From NCBI GenBank assembly GCA_964035545.1, contig OZ037765.1:29325504-29389503 (forward strand): a stretch of DNA of 64,000 nt. Direction: 5' to 3'. Under the pieces are notes generated by a model. That model was not told the origin of the DNA. It did no database searches and saw only the letters and a program-made list of their open reading frames with translations. Below are positions 15,001 to 27,670 of the stretch, in pieces (the stretch's first letter is position 1; every line of letters starts with the position of its first letter). Origin of the DNA: Bugula neritina. Taxonomy: Eukaryota; Animalia; Bryozoa. The position numbers were made by a program, and so were the translations under genes.

Positions 15001-18000
15001 GAGGTGGTAGATTTTGTAACACACACTTCAGGCCACTTAGAATACGAATCCACCACTACTAGTAACATATGACCTTCTACAGGACCAGCATAGTCAATGT
15101 GAATGCGCTGATATGGTCGAGTTGTGGGTAGCCATGGGTGTGTATTAACTGCTTTAGGGTCATTACTCATAGACATGCATGAATCGCAAGACCTGCTAGT
15201 TGCTTCAATATCTTTGTCTAAGCCTGGCCACCACATAAATGACCTTGCTACAGATTTCATTTTACATATACCTAAATGCTCAACATGCAATTCCTTTAAC
15301 AGAGGGTTTTGAAGAGAACGGGGAATAACTACTCGATTTCCCCACATAACTACTCCTGACATGATAGATAGCTCATTTCTCCTAGCAAAGAAAGGGTTCA
15401 GATCCCAGTCGGCCTCACACAATTTTTGAGGCCAGCCCTCTCTCACTAGTCTGAATACCTTACACAGTGTTGGGTCTTTAGCAGTGAGCTTAGCAACCTG
15501 TAAGGAAGTGATAGGAAGCCCAAGATTGTCAACTTTAAAAATAAAGGCATGGGGTTCTTCATTCAATTCACTAGCAGCTACTGAATCAGGATACCGGGAA
15601 AGAAAATCTGCCCTATTATCTTTGCTTCTGCGCCACTCAACGGTGTAATCATATCCTGAAAGCTTTAAAGCCCACCTTTGAATACGCTCTGCTGTCATAA
15701 CCGGAAGCCCCCTCTCTGGGGCAAATATTCTACTTAGAGCCTGATTGTCCGTCACTAGAGTAAACTTCCGCCCATATAAGAAATGCCTGAATTTTTCTAA
15801 CCCAAAAACAACAGCCAAACCTTCTCGCTCTATTTGTGGATACAAAACCTGCGCAGATGTTAATTTTCGAGATGCAAATTGTATGGGGCGTTCTACATCA
15901 TCAATAACGTGTGAAAGAACTGCTGCTATGCCTACTCTTGAGGCATCACACGTTAGTTTCACAGGCAAGTTTGGGTTAAAGTGAACTAGCAGCTTACTTT
16001 CTCTCAATAAGTTTTTAGATTTTTCAAAAGCATTCTGGGCCGTCTTATCCCAGACAAATTTAGCATTGGCCTTAAGCAAAGCATTCAAAGGGGCAACAGT
16101 CGCAGCAAGGTTGGGCAAGTAACGCCTGTAAAAATTCAGTAGGCCCACATAAGATCTCACTTTCGATTTATCCTTAGGTGCCTCAGTTTCAAGGATGCTA
16201 TCTAACTTGGCAGGAATTGGCCTAATGCCCTCACCATTAATTATGTGACCAAGATATTTCACTTCGGGCTTCAGAAAAGAACATTTTGAGTGCTTTAATT
16301 TCAAACCATGTTCTTTTATACGTTTGAAAACCAACTCTAGCCTATGGTTATGTTCCTCTACAGTTCGCCCTGCAATCAATATGTCATCATAATATATATG
16401 AACACCCTCTATACCATTAAGCACATGTTCTATGGCATTTTGCCACAAGGACGGAGCAGTCTTGATACCATACGGCAGTCTGTTATACTGATACAAGCCT
16501 CTATGGGTGACCAGTGTTAGCAACTCTTTGGATGACTCATGTATGACCATCTGATTATATGCTTGGGCAAAATCTAAGTTTGAGAAATATTTGTTTCCTG
16601 CTAAATCACACAGAATATTTTCCATGTTTATTTGAGGTGGTGCTACTTCCTTAAGAAGAGGGTTGACTGTCGACTTAAAATCACCGCAAGGTCTGACCGA
16701 GCCGTCAGGTTTGGGGATAAAGAGTAAGCTAGTGGACCAGCTACTGTGTTCAACAGGTGTCAAAATTCCTTCATTAATTAGCCTATCAAGCTCCTTATCT
16801 ACTACAGACTGAAGTGCAATAGGCACTCTGTAAGGTTTAGAGCATTTGGGGGTAGCGCCATCAACCAACTCAAGCTTAACTGGTGAACCTTTTAGCAAAC
16901 CTTGACCTTTAAAAATATCAGGGTAGGCAGCCAGCAATCGTTCAATGCCATTTACCGATGAACTTACCACACTCTTTATGGCTTGCCAATTAATTTGCAA
17001 CTCTCCCAGCCAGTCTCTCCCCAACAGGGCAAACTTTGATGCACCAAGCACATGAAGCCACATCCGTTTAGTCTGGCCAAAATGTTTGACATTCACTTCC
17101 ATTTTACCTTCGCAATTCACCACATCTCCAGTGAAGCTACAAAATTTTACATTAGAAGGTGAAAGTTTTACATTGCTAAAATGTTTCTGATACAGAGAAT
17201 AGGGAATTAATGAGACTGAAGCACCAGTGTCGATTTCCATATTGACATTAGCATCATTAATTTGCAAAGTAACAGAATATGGATTAGATAAATTAGATTT
17301 TTCTGCCAAAAGAGTGCTAGCTATTCCAATATTAGCCATGTCTGATGATAAATCACTTTCATATGAATGTACAGGATGATATTGTTGAGCAATATTTGTT
17401 TGAACTCTTTCTCCATTACACATGGGTTTAATGTGTCCTCTTTTCCCACAAGAGTGGCAATTAGCATCTTTAAACCTGCATCTAGCTGGATGATGACCTC
17501 TACCACATCTCCAACATTTTGTGTTATAATTACTGTTAGAATACTTAGCTGCGGGTAATGGCGGTCCCAGGCGTGGGGCTGTGTGACTGTTGGAGGCCTG
17601 GGACCTTGAAGCATGAGGACCTCTGTTGGTGGGTTGTCTTTCCGAATAGACTGCATTCACAGGTTCTGATGGCAGTGCTTGTTTAGCCATAGCACTTGAC
17701 TGGTAATCGTCCATTTGCTTCGCTAAAGTCACAGCATTATCCCATGTCAGAGTTGTGCCTTCTCTTATCAATGCTTGTCTGATTGTGTCAGACCTGACAC
17801 CAGCCACAAGCCTGTTCCGTAGCTTTTGTTTTAACTGTTCAGTGGGTCCAAAATTGCAGTGTGTAGACAGTGCTTTGAGAGCCAGAATAAAGTCAGACAC
17901 TGACTCAGTAGGTGATTGCGTTCTGGTATCAAATACATACGCTTCTGCTACCTCATTCTTAGCTCCAAAATGATTGTCAAACAGCTCCAGCAAGCCAGTA

Positions 18001-21000
18001 TAATCCATTTCGTTGATTGATGTAGGGGCTGATAAGCTCACTAATAGGCTCACAGCTTCACTCCCAAGCATAGCAATAAAAGCTGCTTTTCGCTTTTCAT
18101 TTTCATTAATATCATTCACTATTAGCCATGACGTAAATCTGGTCTTATAAGTAGACCAATCTTCTGTGTCGTGCTTGAATTCACTTATGTTGCCCACGGG
18201 CATAGTTAGAGAAAAATATTGAGTTCAAAATAATAAAAATAAAGACCATCAATCGTCGCCAGCTTGTTATGTTTACTGAGGTATATTTCCAATTGAATAA
18301 TAACCACGCTGGTATGCGCAGTGTTACAACTAACAAAAACCGGATACACAATATTGAATAAATGGGCGGAGCCAAAATATAACACTACTAGAGTACACAA
18401 TACTAATCATAGCTAGCTCTGCCACTTAACCCACAGTCAGTCTATTCTCTACAGCGTTAATGTGTGTGTATCTAGCAGTGCATTTCAACAACACACAATA
18501 TCAGTCATTTCTTTGAGAAGCCTTCATGAAATTTGACTTACTTTTGATTAAATACAGTTCATTAAATGTGGCATAAGTTGAGATATGCAGAGACTACTTG
18601 AAGAGATAAGCTGTATAGTACTAATATATTCACAGGAATAATAAGATATTGTACCCCAGCAGCTGAAGTTCAGCCTGCCCATGCATGTAGCAGTCTTACA
18701 AAGCCAGCTGTACACTATTGTTAGGGTAATGAAGGCACACTTCACTGCAATTAGCTTATAATTACAGCCAAAGGTCCACTACCTGATCATATATCACAAA
18801 CTTCACAATAATCTACAGTCTTTTGTTTAGTTCTAAAATTAGAAAAGATAATGTTACAGTAGATTATTATAATACTGGATATTTTGAATAGATATTTCAT
18901 GCTTGTTTCACGGCTGACTTCTCTTGTTATGCCCCATTTGATGGTTAAATTAGCTTACAGTTTCTTCTAAAAAATTATGGGACAGAATTATTTCAATGGC
19001 TTTTTAAACTTTTCAAACGCAAAATTTATTTCTTGCAAAGTAGATATGAACTTAGATGTAGTTTATATTGTATATTTGAATTATTCATTTATCTCCAGTT
19101 TGATTATTTGATAGTTTCCTTTTTGTGGGTCACTTGCAAATTCCAAAGTCTACCAGAAATCATGGCCTCCTATGAAAGAATGTGAGGATGATATAATAAT
19201 GTATTTTATAGAAAGAATAATCGAAGATCATGAGAAGCTCATCACCGTAATGATGAATTGGCAGAAGATCTCCAATAACAAAATACTTTTCCTCGAGACA
19301 GACGATAAATACGATTTGTTCTTTCAGCCTCAGGTGAGCCAATCAGCCAAGTTGTGAGTGCTGGTGTGGTAATTATCTAATCCTCTGTATGTCCACACTG
19401 CTACCTATCCGACTCTTTCTCCAGGGACCAATTATTTAAATCTTACAGTAGTCAATCTAAAATGACTAAGAATTGCTATCATAAAACTGACTTAAATCAG
19501 AAGTAATTGTGATAGATGTATTTTAATGAGAGCACTTTCTAGGAGATGAATCAATTTTGAACTTTTCAGTCTTACTCTGTGCAAAGCTTTGTATATTGTA
19601 TGTTAGATTTACGCTGTCTGGCAGCGTGCCAAATCACTACTTTCTTTCTGATTCTCCCTTCACCAGCCTTCACTGACATGTGCTGACATGAGCAAACAGT
19701 TGCTACACAAAACAGGAAACTGCTGTTCAACAATTTCTTCTCCAAGCAGCTTTCTCTGTCAGCCCTGGCAGCCCTGCACTAAGCATACAATGTGTACACT
19801 TCAACTTCATATAGATTGACATTTCTAATCAATAATGCTCATTGAATGGCTTTTACTGTAGCAGCCATTAGACTTCTCGCTATAGTATAATAATATAATT
19901 ATAATAGTAATATTCTAGCAGAAGTGTATTTTGTTTACTAACACACATCTTTGTTTATTGCATATGAAAAACTGGTGTACGAACAGATATAGTTATTTGT
20001 ATAGAAGCTGCTGCTTTCACATCATGTCTGGTAATATTTCTAAGTAGTGTGCTGGTTAGGCAGGCGAATTCAACCTCATTTTAAAGTATTATAGATTATT
20101 GAAGAATAAGCTGTGTAAATACAGATATAGTTTGTCTACATTCCTCGATACAATACATCAGCTACATGTCAACATGCCATGCAAAGTTATTTTTGGGCAA
20201 AAAATAAAAACACATTTTATGAGATTAAACCAAGTCTGTCCTGAATTTGCTGTAAGTCTATTAATCACGTCATAAGATTAGCATTTTTGTTACTAGAACA
20301 TCCCTATATTATAAATACTTCTACACCCACAAGTGGAATCTGTTAAAGCCAGTCAGTCACTGTAACATAAAGTTATAACGCAGAGGAATTTAACTGCTAA
20401 TCTATAACGTTTCCTATTGCTATGATCTGGAGTATAAAAATAAATCAGATATGAGCATAAAGTCAACAGCCTACCCTCATCCTATATCCAAATTTAGTCT
20501 TCAACTTATATGGCTTCTAATGTCTCCCAACACCTGCATAATTAATGATATAAGTTTGCATTGCTATAATTTAGCAGTTTATGTTTTTAAAATGCAAGTT
20601 TATGTAAATATAATTGAGAAATAATTTGCTAGCTAGCATTGCCACATGCCACTTTTTCATTTCATTTTTCTTTCTTGAGCTTTTACACTATAGAGAGTGG
20701 ACAGCTCTTCATTTATAGTCTATAATATTTATGCAGTGAATTTGTTTATAAATAAAGTATAAAAAACAAAAATGCAAACACTGCACATCTTACCCTGATT
20801 ACTTAAGTCTTAAGCAGTTTTAGGTTTCAACTATTTACCAGTATTTTTTGCAAAGGATTATTTGTAAATCTGCCATCACCTCCACTATTGCACATGTTTT
20901 TGCACCATAGCCTGTGCTACTTGCTACCTGCAGCCCTCCTGTATGTGCATTTTATGTTGTACCCTTTCTTTTCTCAGAGGTACCTGCTCAACAGAGATAA

Positions 21001-24000
21001 GGCTGAGAAATGCTTAGAGAAAGAGCAAAGGGCATTGTTGGATGTATGTACTTGTCATTTGTGTCACTCTAATAGGTTGTGTAACTTCTGCACTCAATTT
21101 CTATCTTTCCTTACTAATATGTGTTATTTAGGTCACAATTCTTTGTTTGAAACTTCAGTTTTATTGTGTTTGAATCAATGCTTCAAGTACCTACAATGTA
21201 GTATTGTATATAAGTTATGCAATTGTTATTTGTTAGAGGATGCTTGTTGGCACTGCACTTTTATAAAGCCAGTTTTTGTTAAGGAATGTTGCTATACTTT
21301 CTTGGTTTTATTAGCTTTTGCAAGCTTAAATTTCCTAGTCAAATTGTACTATAGACTGTATCTCGGATTTATAGGAACTGTTTGGGGGTGCTGGTACACA
21401 CGTCCCTGAGATGGAGAGTGAAATATATCACAAGCTAGATGGTCAGAAAACATGGAAGAAAGTATGTCTAGTGTTGAGGACTTCAGGACTCTACATTAAG
21501 AAGGGAAAGGTAAGAGAAGGGCTTGAGTTTTCCATGAATACATGAAAGTTGTGTCCCCACAGTCTCTGCTGATGGTGGCTGTTGACCAATGTGTTTGCTT
21601 ATCTTCAATGGCGACACATAGATAAGACACATAGTTAAGATAGGTCTCTAAAAAGCACGAATTTACATATTGGCAAGAATTTTAATAATAATATGGAAAT
21701 TCTTTTTGTAAAATACTTCGCTTATCAAATAATCACTGTTACAGCATATCAGCAATCGACTGTTTTTGGCAAATGAACCTGATTGTGGTTTCAAATATAT
21801 CAATGGCTATTCTTCAAATGCTTTTTCCTGTTGGGGCTCTCTTATTCAACACTATCATCAAAAGTTTATTCTGCACACTTGGCAAGCTATATATTAACTT
21901 TCACAGGCCTACTGGCCTTATAATTATCTTAATTTATTCAAAATTGATAAAAGTAATTACATATTCAGTGCAAGTTCCACTCATTTATTACTTCAATTGC
22001 TTAGTGCACTTCAGCTGTTACAGTCTAATTGAGATATTACCCTATAGCTGATAAAAAGTTATTAATCACTTTCTAGTTTTTCCAAGTCTAATCAGATTTC
22101 TTCAGCAAGAGTGCATATTGTAAAGAAAGCTGTTACTTTGTAGATTGTTCTAAAAAGTATATTATTTAAAGCCAGAAAGTGTCATTGTTCAGCTGTGATG
22201 AGATACAGCACATCTGTTTTAGCTGCTGCTGAAAACAGAATCTTTTCTGGCTAATAAAAATTCACAAGACAACTTTGTGAAAAGCTACATTTACTTGTAT
22301 CAGTAATTTCTGTTGACGGATGCATGACAAATTATTTTCTCTTTATATAAGCTACAGGACTTGCGTTTATGTGTGGCCTATTGACATTGTAATGGCTGTT
22401 GTAGACATCAAGGAATCTGCAATGCATAACACAGTTTGATCAGGTAGAGATCTATCGTGGGTTTGGCTGGAGAAAGAAATATAAGGCACCAACTGAGCAT
22501 TGCTTTGCTCTCAAACATCCTAAACTACAGAAAAAGTCTAAAGACATAAGATATTTCTGCTGTGAGGATGAGTACACACTGAAGAAGTGGCTGATGGGAA
22601 CTCGAATAGCCAAGGTATGCATCTCTAGTCTCACTAAAACTCAGATCTAACACAGATATTGTTGCTGAGAAGTTTTGAAATCAAGTCAATGAAAACTTGT
22701 GGTTTTAACGTCCGATTTGTGTCTGAATTGTTCACTTCATCATGTATCACTTTTGCAGTTGGGTTGTGCCATTCACAAACTAATACATATCAGTTAGATG
22801 CATTATTTCTGTTACTTGTGATAAAATATTTGATAAAAGTTTTAAATTTACTTCAAATGTGCGAACAACTGCAGGGTGGAGTAACTGTAGTTTTAAACAA
22901 TGTTGTTCTGTGACTAATCTTTAGTAATTTATTCTGTTCTGCCTTAAAAATGATGGAACATTTCCTTAATGTTGTTATCAAATTTCCCCTTTACTTTAAG
23001 TCAGAAGTATCAGATTTAACTGCATTCCTTGATTAATTACTAGTTTCCAATTCTGCAATCATATAAAATATTATGTTGATATCTAAACTTTTAGTATGGT
23101 AAAGCCTTGCATACTGGGTTCAAGAATAGTTTAGAAGTTGTGGGAGGAAAACGCAAACCAAGTTCAGCGGCGTTAGACACCCCCTCTGATTCTATGTCAC
23201 AGAGCAGTAGAGACTCAGGCTTCAGTGTGACGTCAGACAGTTCCAACAGCTTAGATGCTGCACAGCACAGCTCTGCAGTCAAGAGCAAGAAAAGTGAGTT
23301 GGTTGTAGATTATGAATATCTAATCTGAAATCATGCTGAAGTAATAAGATATAAATATGAATACATAACAGCAGCAAAAGTTTGTCATTTGGCAAAACGG
23401 CAACTTTTTTAATTTATTTTATTGTGGTGGATGTATATAAAAAAATTTGTTTTAAAAGACAACATTTACTCATGCTAAAACAATTATTTGGAATGAATAG
23501 AATGGTCATATGTATACAAACTGCAACTAGGGTTGTCCCCTCTTTTATACATTGAAATGAAGTTGTTAGCTGGTAGCTGACTGAGTGTTCTGCATTTTCA
23601 ACATGACACATAATATGACAAGCTAATTCTAACCTTGAATTATTTAACTTCATAGTTGTGACAATGTGCTTTTAACATGGTGTGTTCGTAAAAATAGTGT
23701 ATGATATTAGATATTTACTAATTGTTACCAATGGTTATTGTAGATGGTGGTATACCGCCACCCCCTGATGAGTTTAGTGATCTTCCTCCACCCCCTCCAG
23801 AATTACTAGGGGAGGAGCCAACACCAACCAACACCCCTGTACACTTTGCTCATGTAACTAATGAGTTTGCTGCTATGCATATAGGACAATGTAGTAGTGA
23901 CGATGGTGAAGGATCGGTCAGGTCTAGTGGTAGTTCCTCAGTGTCAAGTCATACGCCCCGTAATTCTATCTCTTCTAATGGAACTCCTACTAAAAAGCAA

Positions 24001-24705
24001 AACTTTGACCGACACACTGGAATTAGAAACAGTCTTAGGCGAACACAATCCCCAACCACACCTAAACTGGTAGCTCCACCTAAAGTCCCTACCAAAGTTG
24101 CAATGCCGCCCACACTGCCCCCACCCCAGGACACATACCCTCAGTCTAACCATGCTTCTGTGCTGCCTCAGACTCATGTATACGGACATTATGGTAACCA
24201 GTGTTATCAGCCCCCGATAGAGGCCTCTAGCTTGTCAGTGACGGCCCCAATGTCCACAGCTAAGAACACTAATGGGCAATTTCTAGCAGAGCTCAACAGT
24301 TTATATGCTTATAAAGGTGTGAATAGTACTGCTGCCCAGTCTGCAGAAAGTGACTCTGATGTCGATGAGCTGCCGCCACCACCACCAGAGTTGCTTTCCC
24401 CTGACTATGCCGACAATGCCTATGAAGTACCTTATGGCCATGGTACAGCTGGCATTACAGCTGTTAGCAATGGGATATACAGCACACCACCACCCCCTCT
24501 GGAGTACAATCCATACGGAGAAAGAAAGGGCTATGACGCTAATAATCACATGTATTCACAAGGTGTAGCTTCCAGTCAGCCTAATGAATCATACAGCATG
24601 AGTCGTGTGTTTGCTAGTCAAACTGGAACAATCAAGAGAGCTCCACCACCACCTAAGAGAAACAACTCCATTGGTACCATGCAGAGGCACCCTGGCATGA
24701 GATGA
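3072..24705 (+). CDS. RAPH1: MRL-family adaptor (Ras-associating + PH domain, lamellipodin/RIAM/Pico/MIG-10-like), 5'-partial, 11 coding exons, ~815 aa visible
   Basis: GT-AG exons in one continuous frame: 3072-3180, 7774-7934, 8818-9063, 10846-10923, 11545-11704, 19212-19333, 20978-21043, 21375-21509, 22405-22614, 23095-23293, 23744-24705(TGA). Motifs: MESFRCS..DLDDIISDLCALE, coiled coil KEEKILIAIQKIRAADVKK, RA domain (LFVKVF..KTILVDEKMTV..WTLVEQIPDLYIERIIEDHE), PH domain (WKKVCLVLRTSGLY..WRKKYKAPTEHCFALKHP..KWLMGTRIAKYGK), and EVH1-ligand-type DLPPPPPE/ELPPPPPE. Start codon not identified. RAPH1 vs APBB1IP cannot be distinguished; probably a co-orthologue of both. Confidence 0.9.
13909..14028 (-). 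repeat. 3' LTR of gypsy element (120 bp)
   Basis: Identical to 18265-18384; TG..CA termini; preceded on the minus strand by the PPT. Confidence 0.95.
14151..18203 (-). CDS. Gag-Pol polyprotein (Gag, 2 Zn knuckles, protease, RT, RNase H, integrase), 1350 aa
   Basis: CWRCGRGHHPARC and CHSCGKRGHIKPMC knuckles; protease IDTGAS; RT LDFAQAYNQ..RLPYG..YYDD; RNase H CDAS..EREGLA..TDNQ..ADFLSR; integrase H-H-C-C plus HIDYAG/SDNG/NGLAERFV. Domain order PR-RT-RH-IN is that of Ty3/gypsy. Confidence 0.97.
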   Translation of the reverse strand: MPVGNISEFKHDTEDWSTYKTRFTSWLIVNDINENEKRKAAFIAMLGSEAVSLLVSLSAPTSINEMDYTGLLELFDNHFGAKNEVAEAYVFDTRTQSPTESVSDFILALKALSTHCNFGPTEQLKQKLRNRLVAGVRSDTIRQALIREGTTLTWDNAVTLAKQMDDYQSSAMAKQALPSEPVNAVYSERQPTNRGPHASRSQASNSHTAPRLGPPLPAAKYSNSNYNTKCWRCGRGHHPARCRFKDANCHSCGKRGHIKPMCNGERVQTNIAQQYHPVHSYESDLSSDMANIGIASTLLAEKSNLSNPYSVTLQINDANVNMEIDTGASVSLIPYSLYQKHFSNVKLSPSNVKFCSFTGDVVNCEGKMEVNVKHFGQTKRMWLHVLGASKFALLGRDWLGELQINWQAIKSVVSSSVNGIERLLAAYPDIFKGQGLLKGSPVKLELVDGATPKCSKPYRVPIALQSVVDKELDRLINEGILTPVEHSSWSTSLLFIPKPDGSVRPCGDFKSTVNPLLKEVAPPQINMENILCDLAGNKYFSNLDFAQAYNQMVIHESSKELLTLVTHRGLYQYNRLPYGIKTAPSLWQNAIEHVLNGIEGVHIYYDDILIAGRTVEEHNHRLELVFKRIKEHGLKLKHSKCSFLKPEVKYLGHIINGEGIRPIPAKLDSILETEAPKDKSKVRSYVGLLNFYRRYLPNLAATVAPLNALLKANAKFVWDKTAQNAFEKSKNLLRESKLLVHFNPNLPVKLTCDASRVGIAAVLSHVIDDVERPIQFASRKLTSAQVLYPQIEREGLAVVFGLEKFRHFLYGRKFTLVTDNQALSRIFAPERGLPVMTAERIQRWALKLSGYDYTVEWRRSKDNRADFLSRYPDSVAASELNEEPHAFIFKVDNLGLPITSLQVAKLTAKDPTLCKVFRLVREGWPQKLCEADWDLNPFFARRNELSIMSGVVMWGNRVVIPRSLQNPLLKELHVEHLGICKMKSVARSFMWWPGLDKDIEATSRSCDSCMSMSNDPKAVNTHPWLPTTRPYQRIHIDYAGPVEGHMLLVVVDSYSKWPEVCVTKSTTSQSTINMLRPIFARWGVPMELVSDNGPQFCSEEFEAFLAHLSIKHKKSAPYHPATNGLAERFVQTVKSALRASQGLDLQYRLDRFLLAYRNAPHSTTGESPATLMLGRTLRTRLDCLKPDITSKLHDAGPIAIHREFDIGSDVWVRCYLGAVKWKKGVIIDQVGPLCYFVQVGEKKWKRHVDQLKHREAKIANDQNETTPLDISVQPFTGVPCDLISRNTPSSLSHLPPVSAPQTGPTSEHMEPRPDSLQTPATVSTPSAPVTTPPEPRRSSRIRKPRVLLDL
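18253..18261 (-). promoter_or_regulatory. Primer-binding site TGGCGACGA (probably tRNA-Ser)
   Basis: Lies 3 nt inside the 5' LTR and is complementary to a tRNA 3' end ..UCGUCGCCA. The tRNA identity is from recollection of tRNA-Ser ends, not a search. Confidence 0.75.
18265..18384 (-). repeat. 5' LTR of gypsy element (120 bp)
   Basis: Identical to 13909-14028; followed on the minus strand by the PBS after a 3-nt spacer. Confidence 0.95.
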
Positions 24706-25984
24706 TGGATCATCATTGTTGTATTATACTCTAATATGCATTCATTCATTTAACACCTCTATTTATAGTTAGAAATAATTTGTATTAGTAATCTTCAATC
24801 TATTTTTGTAATTATTTATTCTATTGGTGTTCAGTCATACAAATTCCTAATCGGTTAACATTGTATAAATGTAAATAGTTATATGTGACTGATATCAATC
24901 TTATTGTATTACAGTGATGTTGTGTTACAATGAAGATACTATTTACTAATGACAGTATAATTAAGTTACTGATAATTTCAGTTATAAAGTTATACAATAA
25001 TTATGAACACCAAACTTGTGGTGCTATTTTTATATAAAATATTGTGTAATTACAGTAATTATGTTTCATGTAATTATTAATACAATATATAAAATGTTAG
25101 ATATACAAATACAAATAAATTATAATAATATATCTCAAAACGAATGGTAGATTTGATACAAAGCTCACAATATTATGGAAAAATTGGTAGGCTAAATATA
25201 CTCATACCGATGGTACTTAAAATACCGCTACACACTATAATAAGTAAGTCTGTAACTGCTTGATACTATATTATATATAACATTTTCAATGTAGAATGTG
25301 TTGGATGGTTTCGAGTTGACTTTGGCAGAATATTTATGGAGAGCTTTAGAGTTTTAGATAATTCCACTGAAAACAAAAAATAACAGCACAAGATGTGCAA
25401 TTTTATGAGTGTGTCGCACATATGCCTCTCAAGTAAATCAAGCTGCAGATTATGTCTGGTGTTCAGGCAATTGTTGATTAAAAATCTGAAATATGTCAGC
25501 TGCAGTGTATGCTATCTAATATGTACCATTATTCTATAGGTTTGATTAGACAGTCACTGCAATATCAGAGGATCTTGTAGAAGTTTACAGAGTCGTTGTT
25601 TTAGCCAACTAAAGATTAGCCAGTCTTTCAGATTTGTGCTCGTTTCTATTTTTGCTGTTGTAGAGTTATCCTTTCAACATGCTTAGGAAAAGATAACTCT
25701 ATGGGAGTTAACATAACTAAAAGGTTCTTCACTATAGTAGGAAATCATGCTATAAATTCTTTGGATCTAAGGTTATTATTTCACTTGGATATCTATTTCC
25801 GCACAATAATTGGAGTTTTAACTTCAAAAACTGAAAGAATAATAACCTCTTCTTTTGATTTGATTTACTGCTATCGGTGATTATTTAGCAGTTTGTGTTT
25901 AATTAGTTACTTAATTGCGTTTAATAATGATTATCAATTTATTAATAATTATGTATGCTATTGATAATTATTAATATCACTGTG

Positions 25985-26235
25985 ATAATATCTGAGTATC
26001 AGTATGACTATCACTGTAGTCGTAGAGTGTAGAGTGTCGAGTGTAGTGTATCAGTATCACTATGGGTATGGATATGACTATGACTATGAGTATCAGCATG
26101 AGTATGACTATTTGTCTTAGATTACTATTACTATTAGTGTTATTATTACAGTATTATTATTAACTAATTACTAATTAAGGACCGTAATGGTTATTAATTC
26201 AAGTATTACTACTAGTACTAGTAGTAGTACTACTA
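25985..26235. repeat. Low-complexity degenerate hexamer/trimer repeats (TATGAC/TATCAG, TAGTAC, TATTA)
   Basis: e.g. TATGACTATGACTATGAGTATCAGCATGAGTATGAC around 26075-26110, flanked by AT-rich simple repeats. Confidence 0.55.
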
Positions 26236-26555
26236 ACAATGGTAAATATAATGTTTGGTATCACTATTAAAATCAAGTAAATATCAATATGGTTACCATT
26301 ATTATTGAGGTTTTAGCGTGTAGCCTATGCCCATAATAATAATGCAATACTCATAATGATAAAAGTAAAACTAAAAGTTGTGTCTGTTCGTTACATAGTT
26401 ATACTTATAACCTATAGACTTCGAGTTAAAAGTGCGACCGTAGCTAAAGCTATCCACCAAAGTTATAGTTTAGCAAATTTTAGTTTTTATTCTTTTTCAA
26501 CTTCAAATTATTATCTATATCTATAGATACATAATAATAAATATATAATAGAAAT

Positions 26556-26718
26556 TATAAAAATATTGGTATAATAATAAAGCTCTTTGAATCTTCTGCA
26601 ATTTAAAAAAATACTTTATACTATAAGTATATATAATATATACTTTAGTATAGAAAAACTTTTAAAATTGCATAATACTATTAGTTTAGACATTCATTAT
26701 TATACCAATATTCTTATA
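26556..26718. repeat. AT-rich palindrome / MITE-like hairpin (~160 bp)
   Basis: AATATTGGTATAATAAT (26562-26578) is the perfect reverse complement of ATTATTATACCAATATT (26696-26712). Inner arms TGCAATTTAAAA / TTTTAAAATTGCA, and a central TATACTA.AAGTATATA..TATATACTTTAGTATA. Confidence 0.6.
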
Positions 26719-27607
26719 TTCTTTTAATCGCTGTCAAAAATTTTTATTTATCTGAGCGCTGAGTTAATAGCTAATACAAATGTGCTTTTATACTGTGATA
26801 GTAAAAGTTTAAGACTCTTATCAGTCACAACTTTGTTTTCTTACAAGTTTTACATGATCCGGAATTTTTACAATAGTATAGGTTTATATAGCATCAACTC
26901 TATTATTTTGTGCCTTGTCAGCTTGTCAGCAAATTACTTAAAACAAAGGTATTAATATAAATCAATCTAGAATTCACTTGGCAGTTAAAAGCCATACTGA
27001 ATATGTGGTGTGGTTCAAATAATGGTAAAGGCAGCATTGTAAAACATCTGTAATAATACACCTATGTAATAGCTATACCGATAGTCTAACTCTTATGTTG
27101 CATCCGTGTAATTTGTTCAAGCCTGGATTACATTAGCATCCATTAATATTTTAAACAGTGATGCCTTTTGTTCTAATAAATAGTTTGAAGTTACGATGTT
27201 TCCCTCACGTATATATTTAAGCTTATATTTCCTATCTTCTCTCTTTAAAATCATAGAAGAAAAGGGAATATTTTAAACAAATGTTAGTCAATAATACAGC
27301 GCATTTGTCGAAGCAATTGAATAATTTATCAACAAAATATTTGAGGCTCACCCAAGTATTTATTTCAAAAGTAATAGTTTTGGAATAATCATGTATGCTA
27401 TACTCTTATGCAACCATCAGTTTCAAGTTACAATTTATTGAATAGGTAGGTAACTTTATTTAGAATTAAAATTAGAGTCCATCTCTTCTAAACTTTGTAA
27501 GATTTTGCAGTCTTGCTATCTACGATAGCTTCTTGAAACTGTATCTAGCCAACGTTGGACAAATAATATTGCTGATATTTTCCAAATAGGTGTTTTATAT
27601 GCTCCAT

Positions 27608-27670
27608 GTCTATGTTGAACTATAGTCTATGTTGAACTGTAGTCTATGTTGAACAGTAGTCTATGTTGAA
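27608..27670. repeat. 17-bp minisatellite (GTCTATGTTGAACWRTA) x ~3.7
   Basis: Tandem copies read directly from the sequence. Confidence 0.85.

Larger units (their letters stand above)
13909..18384 (-). mobile_element. Full-length Ty3/gypsy (Mag-like) LTR retrotransposon, 4476 bp, antisense in an MRL intron
   Basis: Identical 120-bp LTRs (13909-14028, 18265-18384; TGTTAT..ATAACA). 5-bp TSD CTACT (13904-13908, 18385-18389). PBS TGGCGACGA (minus 18261-18253), PPT AAAGGGAGAA (minus 14040-14031), and an intact gag-pol ORF. Confidence 0.97.

Noticed and set aside
14847-17973. Short + strand or alternative-frame ORFs within the gypsy element (likewise 52221-54411 in the BEL element)
   Set aside because: Antisense shadows of the long polyprotein ORFs.
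20888-21409. 173-aa Cys/Leu-rich ORF, and similar 60-150 aa intronic ORFs (e.g. 30927-31379, 13001-13294)
   Set aside because: Only 20978-21043 is a real exon; the rest has AT-rich intron composition and no motifs.
27608-27670. Regularly spaced direct repeat that superficially resembles a CRISPR array
   Set aside because: Head-to-tail 17-bp minisatellite without unique spacers, in eukaryotic DNA with no cas genes.
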